From: Achromobacter phage JWDelta
Reading direction: 5' to 3' (one strand)
DNA length: 24,000 nucleotides
Sequence record: KF787094.1
Part shown: positions 16,537 through 24,000 of the stretch, piece by piece
How positions within the stretch are numbered: position 1 is the first letter of the stretch
How the letters are laid out: each line of letters starts with the position of its first letter
Position numbers and translations under genes: made by a program
Notes under the pieces: model-generated
Databases searched by the model: none
Seen by the model: only the letters and a program-made list of their open reading frames with translations
Told to the model about the DNA's origin: nothing

Positions 16537-19197
16537 ATGCGTTACGTCACCTTCAACGAGAGTGGCAATTACCCGATTGCCATCTTGGTTCCCACGATCC
16601 AGAAGAATGAGATCGTGGATGCCTATGTCACTCCCTTTGGGATTGATAAGGAAGAAGTGATGGTCCTCGACCTTCATAATTCCCCAGGCAAGAAAGCGAC
16701 TCCTGTGAAGGAGATCAAGCAGTACATCGAAGAAGTGCTCGCAGGAGTACTGATCGATGCTGGAACCAAGTACATCATCTGTGCTGATCCTGGCTACTAC
16801 AAGGTGCTGGCCAAAGCCGCAAAGGCAGAGGCCAACCTTGGGTACGTGACGGAGAGTGTCATTCCTGGAATGCACATCGTCTACGTTCCGAACTACCGGC
16901 AGATTTTTTATGATCCGCCGAAGGTTCGAGCCAAGATCAGCCAGGGCATGAGTGCCTTGGTTCATCACCGGGCTGGTGCATATCAGCCCCCTGGTTCCAA
17001 CATCATCCACAGTGCGGAGTATCCGGAGACGGTGGACCAGATCAAGGCAGCACTTCAGATGCTGCTGCACAAGAACGTCCCCTTGACGATAGACATTGAG
17101 GCGTTCGACCTGAAGCATCACAAGTCAGGTATCGGCACGATTGGCTTTGCATGGAACAAGCACGAAGGTGTCTCCTTCGCCGTGGACTATGAACCAATCG
17201 AAGGGGCTACCGAAGCTCCATTTGGCCGACAGGTTCGCAATGAGCCTGTGCGTGCATTACTGAAGGATTTCTTCCGTCAGTACATGCAGTCAGCGATCTA
17301 TCACAATGCAGCATTTGACATGTACATCCTGGTCTACCAGTTGTTCATGGCCGATCTCATTGACACGGAAGGCATGCTCGAAGGATTCGAGATCATGATG
17401 CGTAATTGGCATTGCACTAAGCTGATCACGTATCTCGCCACCAACTCTTGTGCGGGCAACAAGCTGGGCCTGAAGGACCAAGCACAGGAATTTGCGGGGA
17501 ACTATGCGGAGTCGGAAATCCACGACATCACACGCATCCCGCTACCGAAGCTGTTGCAGTACAACCTTGTGGACTGTCTGTCCACTTGGCACGTCTACGA
17601 TAAACACTTCGGAACCATGGTTGCCGATCAGCAGTTGGGTATCTACGAGACGCTGTTCAAGACAGCATCGAAGGACATCATCCAGATGCAATTGACCGGC
17701 ATGCCATTGCACATGCCCACCGTTCTTCAGGTGGAAGAAGCATTGCAGGCAATCTTCGATGACGCGGTAACGCGCATTGAGAACACCAAGTGTGTGCGGG
17801 AATATCAGTACACACTGAAAGAGCGGTACATCGAAAAGAAGCATGCCGAGTGGAAGGTAAAGCGTATTACGCTTGCAGAAGTGCCGGACAGCGTAAAGTT
17901 CAATCCACGTAGTCCGCTCCAGTTGCAGGGGCTGCTGTATGAGCAATTGGGTCTCCCAATCCTTGCCCTTACTGAAACGAAGCAACCAAGCTGCGATGGT
18001 GACACCATCGAGAAGCTGGTCCATCACACATCTGATCCAGACGTGAAAGACTTGTTATTGGCCTTGCAGGATTTCTCTGCGGTGGACAAGATACTCGGAT
18101 CATTCATCCCTGCGTTCAAGGAAGCAGCTCAAGGTCCAGATGGGTGGTGGTATCTATTCGGAAACTTCGTGCTTGGTGGTACGGTGTCAGGTCGATTGAG
18201 TTCCAACAATCCGAACCTTCAGAACCTTCCGGCCAACGTCACGATGAAGATCAGTGAGTCTCTGTTGGAGGTGTTCCCCTTCCTGAAGCAATTCATGAAG
18301 AAGGGAAGTCTCTCGCTGGGCAAGCTGGTCAAGTTCTGCTTCCAGGCTCCACCTGGATGGATCTTTGCTGGGCTTGACTTCGCCTCCTTAGAGGATCGAA
18401 TCTCCGCCCTGACGACTCGTGACCCGATGAAGCTGAAGGTATACACCGACGGCTATGATGGTCACTGTCTCCGTGCATACACTTACTTCGGTGAGTTGAT
18501 GAACGGCATTGACCCTGACTCGGTGGCGAGCATCAATTCCATTGAGAACCTGTACAAAGACTTGCGTCAGGAGTCGAAAGCTCCGACGTTTGCTTTGACC
18601 TATCAGGGTACGTACATCACGCTGATGAAGAACTGTGGCTTCTCGGAAGATAAGGCAAAGCGAATCGAAGCTCGATACCACGAGATGTATGTGGTCAGTA
18701 CCGAATGGGTGCAGGCAAGACTGGATGAAGCGGCGAAAGTCGGCTACATCACCACAGCCTTTGGATTGCGAGTTCGCACTCCCCTGCTGTATCAGGTCAT
18801 CCGTGGAACCAGCAAGACGCCGTATGAGGCCGAAGCAGAAGGACGCACCGCTGGCAATGCTCTAGGGCAGGGCTGGTGTCTCCTGAATAGTCGTGCTTGG
18901 GTCGAGTTCATGGGCAAGGTACGTGCAAGCGATCAACGCTTGAACATCCGCCCGTGTGCACAGATTCACGATGCAGGCTATGCATTGATCCGTGACGATA
19001 TGGATACCGTCATGTACATGAACGAGCATCTCGTTCAGGCGGTGAACTGGAATGATCACCCTGACATTTACCATCCAGACGTTGGTTTGGGTGGAGACGT
19101 GTCCCTGTTCTACCCCACATGGGCAAGTGAGATCACACTGCCCAACGGCGCTACCGCCGAAGAAATCGCCAACACTATCAAAGAGGCAATCGCATGA
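16537..19197 (+). CDS. family-A DNA polymerase with 3'-5' exonuclease domain
   Basis: Exo I LTIDIEAFD, Exo II YHNAAFDMY, Exo III DCLSTWHVYD; Pol A GLDFASLEDRISA, Pol B RQESKAPTFALTYQG, Pol C QIHDAGY. Confidence 0.93.
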   Translation: MRYVTFNESGNYPIAILVPTIQKNEIVDAYVTPFGIDKEEVMVLDLHNSPGKKATPVKEIKQYIEEVLAGVLIDAGTKYIICADPGYYKVLAKAAKAEANLGYVTESVIPGMHIVYVPNYRQIFYDPPKVRAKISQGMSALVHHRAGAYQPPGSNIIHSAEYPETVDQIKAALQMLLHKNVPLTIDIEAFDLKHHKSGIGTIGFAWNKHEGVSFAVDYEPIEGATEAPFGRQVRNEPVRALLKDFFRQYMQSAIYHNAAFDMYILVYQLFMADLIDTEGMLEGFEIMMRNWHCTKLITYLATNSCAGNKLGLKDQAQEFAGNYAESEIHDITRIPLPKLLQYNLVDCLSTWHVYDKHFGTMVADQQLGIYETLFKTASKDIIQMQLTGMPLHMPTVLQVEEALQAIFDDAVTRIENTKCVREYQYTLKERYIEKKHAEWKVKRITLAEVPDSVKFNPRSPLQLQGLLYEQLGLPILALTETKQPSCDGDTIEKLVHHTSDPDVKDLLLALQDFSAVDKILGSFIPAFKEAAQGPDGWWYLFGNFVLGGTVSGRLSSNNPNLQNLPANVTMKISESLLEVFPFLKQFMKKGSLSLGKLVKFCFQAPPGWIFAGLDFASLEDRISALTTRDPMKLKVYTDGYDGHCLRAYTYFGELMNGIDPDSVASINSIENLYKDLRQESKAPTFALTYQGTYITLMKNCGFSEDKAKRIEARYHEMYVVSTEWVQARLDEAAKVGYITTAFGLRVRTPLLYQVIRGTSKTPYEAEAEGRTAGNALGQGWCLLNSRAWVEFMGKVRASDQRLNIRPCAQIHDAGYALIRDDMDTVMYMNEHLVQAVNWNDHPDIYHPDVGLGGDVSLFYPTWASEITLPNGATAEEIANTIKEAIA

Positions 19198-19616
19198 CCA
19201 AGAAAACCGATACCAACGCCGCCAACACTCCGGTGAAGAAGCATCACTGGCTGTTCGCAGCTCAGGTGGTGTTCCACGTCGCCAAGGAAGGCCAACCGGC
19301 CACCGATGGCGGCGCTCTGCTGCTGAACGGTCTGGTGCTGACCGACGACAAGCAAATCGCCATGGCCGATCTGGCTCGTGCGCAGATGACTGCCGTGTCG
19401 AACCTGAACGAACGCTTCAAGGGCCAGAACGTCGAAGTCATCGACTGCGTGTTCATGAGCTTCAGCCACCTGGGCTTCATGTCCCAGCCGGAATACGCCA
19501 AGACGCCGGAAGGCCAAGCCCTGATCAAGACCGAAGTGCCGGTCAATCCCGCCGAACGTCCCGAAGCCAAGCTGACGCTGGTGAAGCCGGAAGGCGATCC
19601 GGTCTCCGGGGACTGA
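19194..19616 (+). CDS. hypothetical protein (140 aa)
   Basis: ATG overlaps the polymerase stop. Confidence 0.7.
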   Translation: MTKKTDTNAANTPVKKHHWLFAAQVVFHVAKEGQPATDGGALLLNGLVLTDDKQIAMADLARAQMTAVSNLNERFKGQNVEVIDCVFMSFSHLGFMSQPEYAKTPEGQALIKTEVPVNPAERPEAKLTLVKPEGDPVSGD

Positions 19617-19618
19617 TC

Positions 19619-20083
19619 ATGGCTGCGGAGAACTCTGGTGGCCGGGTGAACTATTACCTGGTCGAAGTGAAGAATCCGCAGCGTGAGAATCAGCGGCCGT
19701 ACCAAGCCGAGTGTGAGGACATCATCCATGCACTCGGCATGACCTTCGATGAAGGCAACATCTTCAAGGAGGTCTGGCGTCAGGCCGCTGCACGCCAAGG
19801 CCGAGCCAAGGAAGGGAACACGGCATTGCGTGGTGCACAGAAACTCGTGCACTATGCCAACCGTATCTTGCGGCATCTCACGATGGCATCACCTGCCGAT
19901 GGCTGGATCGAATGGGATGGGAAGAAAACTTTCCCAGATCAATTGCCCGGCCCCAACACGGGTGTGTATTACATCACTCGTGATGGCAAGCGGCATGGCC
20001 CGATACTGGCCAGCGAACTCATGTGGCAGTACTCGCAAGTTCCTTTCGAGGACGCACAGATTCTTCGCTTCCGCATCTCGTAA
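19619..20083 (+). CDS. hypothetical protein (154 aa, MAAENSGGRVNYYLVEVKNPQRENQ...)
   Basis: ATG 19619 right after the previous stop; in-frame part of the overlong 19052..20083 ORF. Confidence 0.65.
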   Translation: MAAENSGGRVNYYLVEVKNPQRENQRPYQAECEDIIHALGMTFDEGNIFKEVWRQAAARQGRAKEGNTALRGAQKLVHYANRILRHLTMASPADGWIEWDGKKTFPDQLPGPNTGVYYITRDGKRHGPILASELMWQYSQVPFEDAQILRFRIS

Positions 20084-20087
20084 TACC

Positions 20088-20114
20088 AACCCCCAGAAGT
20101 CTTGGGGGTTTTTT
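20088..20114 (+). terminator. rho-independent terminator
   Basis: AACCCCCA-GAAGTCT-TGGGGGTT followed by TTTT. Confidence 0.85.
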
Positions 20115-20130
20115 AACCCATGGAGGAACC

Positions 20131-21123
20131 ATGAGAATTACCAACACCGCAGGGGTATCGCTACCCGTTGCGATCTGGCTGGTTCACGATGAGTACGACT
20201 ATGTGAAGGAGAACAACTACATCAGTGCCACGGCATTGATGAAGCCCATCCGTCAGATCGTCCTCGCATCGAAGGTTGATCCCGAAACCCAGTCCATCGA
20301 CGTGATGGACATGCTGAAGACGTCCTTGGGTCATGCAATCCATGACTCCATCGAACGTGCCTGGACTCGTGGTGCCGAAAAGGCACTGCGTCTGTTGGGC
20401 TATCCTCAGAAGGTCCGTGATGCTATCCGCATCAACCCGTCTGAAGCTGTCCTGAAAGACAACCCTGACTGTATCCCGATCTACTTGGAGCAACGTGCTA
20501 TCAAGGAAATCGAAGTCAGTGGTCAGACCTATCGTGTCGGTGGCAAGTTCGATATCGTGACGGAAGGTCTGTTGCAGGACTACAAGTCCACTTCGGCGTT
20601 TGTTTGGGTGAAGGGTTCTCGTGATGAGGAACACATGCAGCAGGGCAGCATTTATCGCTGGCTGCATCCCGACAAGATCACGTCGGACTTCATCCGGATC
20701 AACTACATCTTCACCGACTGGAAACGTGGTGACGCCAAGCGTGACCCCAATTATCCGCAACATCCGATCATGCACAAGGACATCCCCCTGATGTCTCCTG
20801 AAGCGACGGAGAAGTGGATTCGTGGGCGTATCGCAGAAATCATCAAGTACCAGGATGCACCCGAGAACCAAGTACCGGAATGCACCGACGAGGAATTGTG
20901 GCGCTCTGATCCCGTGTATAAATACTTCTCCGATCCGGCGAAGGCACAGATACCGGGAGCCAGATCGACCAAGAACTTCGATGAACTGCACGAAGCCCGT
21001 GCACACCTCTCTGCCAAGGGAGGTGTTGGTGTCATCGTCCCCGTAGAGATCGCACCCAAGCGTTGCGACTACTGCGGGGTCTATGACGTTTGCAAACAAA
21101 AAGACAGGTACTTTCCGACATGA
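20131..21123 (+). CDS. PD-(D/E)XK family nuclease (Cas4/RecB-like)
   Basis: GGKFDIVTEGLLQDYKST nuclease core; C-terminal CDYCGVYDVCKQKDRYF Cys cluster; TGGAGGAACC RBS region. Confidence 0.75.
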   Translation: MRITNTAGVSLPVAIWLVHDEYDYVKENNYISATALMKPIRQIVLASKVDPETQSIDVMDMLKTSLGHAIHDSIERAWTRGAEKALRLLGYPQKVRDAIRINPSEAVLKDNPDCIPIYLEQRAIKEIEVSGQTYRVGGKFDIVTEGLLQDYKSTSAFVWVKGSRDEEHMQQGSIYRWLHPDKITSDFIRINYIFTDWKRGDAKRDPNYPQHPIMHKDIPLMSPEATEKWIRGRIAEIIKYQDAPENQVPECTDEELWRSDPVYKYFSDPAKAQIPGARSTKNFDELHEARAHLSAKGGVGVIVPVEIAPKRCDYCGVYDVCKQKDRYFPT

Positions 21124-23264
21124 TCGACCTCACCGGGGTTCAGCACCACCCTGCAATCGAAGAGATTGTGAACGTGCTCTGCAACAAGACGCAGAATACC
21201 GACCGTGGTTTCTTCCGAGTGGAAGCGGCTTATTTCTTGGCCAAGATGGCATCGTCCATGTGCGCCACCATCGTCACAGCAGACCGTGGTGACATCCCGG
21301 TGAACATCTACGCTCTTGCCTTGGCCACTTCTGGCTACGGCAAGGGCCACTCGGTCAACATCGTGGAGAACGACTTCATGAAGGGCTTCAAGAAGCGCTT
21401 CATGGAAGACACCATGCCCGTCATTGCTGACGCCAACCTCTGGGTTATCGCCAACGAACGTGCGGCCAAGCAAGGCACTGATCAACAGACGGAGTACGAC
21501 AAGGTATCGGCAGAGTATCGCCGTGCTGGTGCGTTCCCGTTCACGTTCGACAGTGGAACCACACCGGCAGTCAAACAGCTTCGTCAGAAGTTGCTGCTTG
21601 CTACGTGTGGTTCCATCAACCTCCAGATTGATGAGATTGGTTCCAACCTCATCGAACAGACGGAAGTGCTGACCTTGTTCCTGGAGCTTTACGATCAGGG
21701 ACTGGTCAAGCAGAAGCTGACCAAGAACACTGCGGAGAATACCCGTGGTGAAGAACTGGACGGCAAGACTCCGGCCAACATGTTGTTGTTCGGAACTCCG
21801 TCGAAGCTGCTGGATGGCGGTCAGACCGAAGATGCCTTCTATGGCTTCTTGGACACTGGCTATGCACGTCGCTGCCTATTCGGTATCGGCCAGCCGGTCA
21901 AGATGGCTCACAACAGCCAGACGCCAGAAGAAATCTACGACCGTTTGACCCAACCCGGGAACCAAGCGGCTGTGAACAAGTGGGCCAACCACTTCCACTC
22001 GTTGGCAGACGCCAGCAAGTTCGGATGGCGCATGGTCGTGGAGAAGGATGTGGGCGTGCAGTTGATCGCCTACAAAGCTCACTGCGAGAAGCTGGCTGAT
22101 GAAATGTCCGAACACGAAGAAATTCGTAAGGCAGAAATGAGCCATCGTTACTTCAAGGCTCTGAAGCTGGCAGGTGCACTGGCCTTCGTGGACGAATCCG
22201 TCCTCGTTGAGATGGACCACCTGAAGCAAGCCATCCTGCTGGTGGAAGAATCGGGTGCTGCTTTCCAAACGATCCTCACTCGTGAGAAGGCGTATGTGAA
22301 GCTGGCGAAGTACATCGCTGCCGTCGGCAGTGAACTGACCCATGCCGATCTGGTTGAGGCGCTGCCGTTCTACAAGTCCGGCAATGCGTTCCGCAACGAG
22401 ATCATGACCCTGGCCACCGCCTGGGGCTACAAGCAGCACATCATCATCAAGAAGTCCTTCACGGACGGCATCGAATTCTTCAAGGGTGAAACCCTGAAGG
22501 AAACGAGCCTGGATGAAATTCTGGTGAGCTACAGTGAGAACTGGGCCTACGACTATTCGGCGGAACGTGTTCCGTTCGATCAGTTGCACCAGATGACCCA
22601 AGTCAAGGGCATCCACTGGGCCAATCACGATTTCAAGCGCGGCCATCGTGCTGAAGAAAACGTGATCCCGGGCTTCAACATGATCGTGATCGATGTGGAT
22701 GGCGGATGCACTCTCGCCATGTGCCATGAACTGATGAAGGACTACAAGTTCATGACCTACACCACGAAGCGTCACACGGATGAAGAGAACCGATTCCGTC
22801 TGATGATCCCGATGAATTATGAGCTTCACTTGGATTCGGAAGAATACAAGGAGTTCATGAACAACGTGATGCAGTGGTTGCCGTTCGCCACCGATGAGTC
22901 CGCCAACCAGCGGTCGAAGAAGTGGGAATCCAATGACGGCAAGTTCTTCGTCAATCCGGATGGTGTCCTTCTGGATGTGCGGGACTTCATTCCGCGAACC
23001 ACGAAGAACGAGCAGTTCCAGCAAGGCATGCAGGCCGTGCAGAGCTTGGACAATCTGGAGCGTTGGTTCGCTCAACGTATGGCCACCGGCAACCGCAACA
23101 ACAACATGTTGAAGTTCGCCATGGCTCTGGTTGATAGCGGCATGACGTTCGCTGATGTGTCCGCACAAGTTCATGCGTTCAATAAGAAGCTGTCCTCTCC
23201 TTTGGACAGTGAAGAATTGAACACGACCGTGCTTGTCTCGGTTGCCAAGAAGTACACCCGATAG
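21120..23264 (+). CDS. replication protein with P-loop region and possible primase-like (AEP/DUF3987-type) region
   Basis: N-terminal ALATSGYGKGHSVNIV P-loop-like motif, INLQIDEIGSNL; C-terminal FNMIVIDVDGGCTL...TYTTKRHTDEENRFRLMIP resembles primase-polymerase segments. ATG 21120 overlaps the preceding stop. Confidence 0.6.
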   Translation: MIDLTGVQHHPAIEEIVNVLCNKTQNTDRGFFRVEAAYFLAKMASSMCATIVTADRGDIPVNIYALALATSGYGKGHSVNIVENDFMKGFKKRFMEDTMPVIADANLWVIANERAAKQGTDQQTEYDKVSAEYRRAGAFPFTFDSGTTPAVKQLRQKLLLATCGSINLQIDEIGSNLIEQTEVLTLFLELYDQGLVKQKLTKNTAENTRGEELDGKTPANMLLFGTPSKLLDGGQTEDAFYGFLDTGYARRCLFGIGQPVKMAHNSQTPEEIYDRLTQPGNQAAVNKWANHFHSLADASKFGWRMVVEKDVGVQLIAYKAHCEKLADEMSEHEEIRKAEMSHRYFKALKLAGALAFVDESVLVEMDHLKQAILLVEESGAAFQTILTREKAYVKLAKYIAAVGSELTHADLVEALPFYKSGNAFRNEIMTLATAWGYKQHIIIKKSFTDGIEFFKGETLKETSLDEILVSYSENWAYDYSAERVPFDQLHQMTQVKGIHWANHDFKRGHRAEENVIPGFNMIVIDVDGGCTLAMCHELMKDYKFMTYTTKRHTDEENRFRLMIPMNYELHLDSEEYKEFMNNVMQWLPFATDESANQRSKKWESNDGKFFVNPDGVLLDVRDFIPRTTKNEQFQQGMQAVQSLDNLERWFAQRMATGNRNNNMLKFAMALVDSGMTFADVSAQVHAFNKKLSSPLDSEELNTTVLVSVAKKYTR

Positions 23265-23311
23265 TCGTTTGGTTTGGTCTTTGACTATCGAAATCCCCCT
23301 GGGAGAGAACC

Positions 23312-24000
23312 ATGTCTGAACAAGACGTCCCGGTTCTGACTGACGTCAACGATCAGCTTCTGTTGATCGTTGGCTACTCGTCAACCGGCAAGAGCGCTTC
23401 ACTGCGCAACATTCGTGATCAGGAGCATTGGCTGTACCTGAACACGGAGAGCGGCAAGAAACTGCCGTTCCGCAACAAATTCAGCAGCCATACCATCACC
23501 GATCCCTATCAGGTGCTGGACGCTTTCAAGGCGGCCTACACCAATCCCGTCGAGGAAATCGGCTTCAAGCCGAAGGGGATCATCGTCGATTCGCTCACGT
23601 TCCTTATGGACATGTACGAGTCGCGGTATGTGATCAACGCAGCCAACACCATGACGGCATGGGGTGCGTTCAGTCAGTTCTTCAAGGAACTGATGCAGCT
23701 CCATGTACCATCCTTCGATGGTCCCGTGATCTTCACGGCCCACGTCAAGGACGAACTCGATGAAAAGGCGATGGAGCTGAAAACCTCCGTGCCGATCAAA
23801 GGTTCGCTCAAGAACAACGGCATCGAAGCCTACTTCTCGTCCATCGTCGCGTGCAAGCGTGTTCTCCTGAAGGAACTGGAGAAGATGACCAACGGCATGT
23901 TGGACATCACGGAAGAAGAGAAGGAACTTGGCTTCAAGCACGTCTTCCAGACGCGGCTGACGGCCAAGACCACCGGTGAGCGTATTCGTGCCCCCATGGG
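23312..24000 (+). CDS. RecA-like / Sak4-like ATPase, truncated by the window end
   Basis: Open from ATG 23312 to window end: LLLIVGYSSTGKSASLRNI (Walker A), GIIVDSLTFLMD (Walker B), GPVIFTAHVKDE. Confidence 0.75.
   Translation, partial: MSEQDVPVLTDVNDQLLLIVGYSSTGKSASLRNIRDQEHWLYLNTESGKKLPFRNKFSSHTITDPYQVLDAFKAAYTNPVEEIGFKPKGIIVDSLTFLMDMYESRYVINAANTMTAWGAFSQFFKELMQLHVPSFDGPVIFTAHVKDELDEKAMELKTSVPIKGSLKNNGIEAYFSSIVACKRVLLKELEKMTNGMLDITEEEKELGFKHVFQTRLTAKTTGERIRAPM

Noticed and set aside
19052-19618. N-terminal extension of the 19052..20083 ORF
   Set aside because: Overlaps the polymerase C terminus and ORF 19194..19616; low-complexity R/S/G-rich sequence. Real start most likely ATG 19619.
1-24000. 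CRISPR array
   Set aside because: No regularly spaced direct repeats seen; the short repeats found are in tRNA-like elements.

Overview
This 24-kb window looks like the early/replication region of a large tailed phage. Every supported gene reads on the + strand, except where only RNA is predicted. Protein-coding content: a MoxR-type AAA+ ATPase next to an HExxH + VWA protein, a dCTP deaminase/dUTPase-fold protein, a thioredoxin-like protein, ThyX, rIIA-like and rIIB-like proteins, a MazG-like pyrophosphohydrolase, a Dda/RecD-like SF1B helicase, a family-A DNA polymerase with a 3'-5' exonuclease domain, a PD-(D/E)XK (Cas4/RecB-like) nuclease, a P-loop/primase-like protein, and a RecA/Sak4-like ATPase cut by the window end. 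The most unusual part is a ~2.1-kb mostly non-coding RNA locus (about 4747-6898). It holds a dense hairpin array, two aberrant tRNA-like structures, an HNH endonuclease gene flanked by two near-identical tRNA 3' ends, and a probable circularly permuted tmRNA (ssrA). In that tmRNA the T-arm/CCA half lies upstream of the 5' half, which carries the tag reading frame ANDDYIRLAA*. A structured 207-nt intervening sequence separates the halves, and its ends extend the acceptor stem into a 24-position helix. A rho-independent terminator closes the locus. All calls come from reading the sequence by eye; no homology or covariance search was run.
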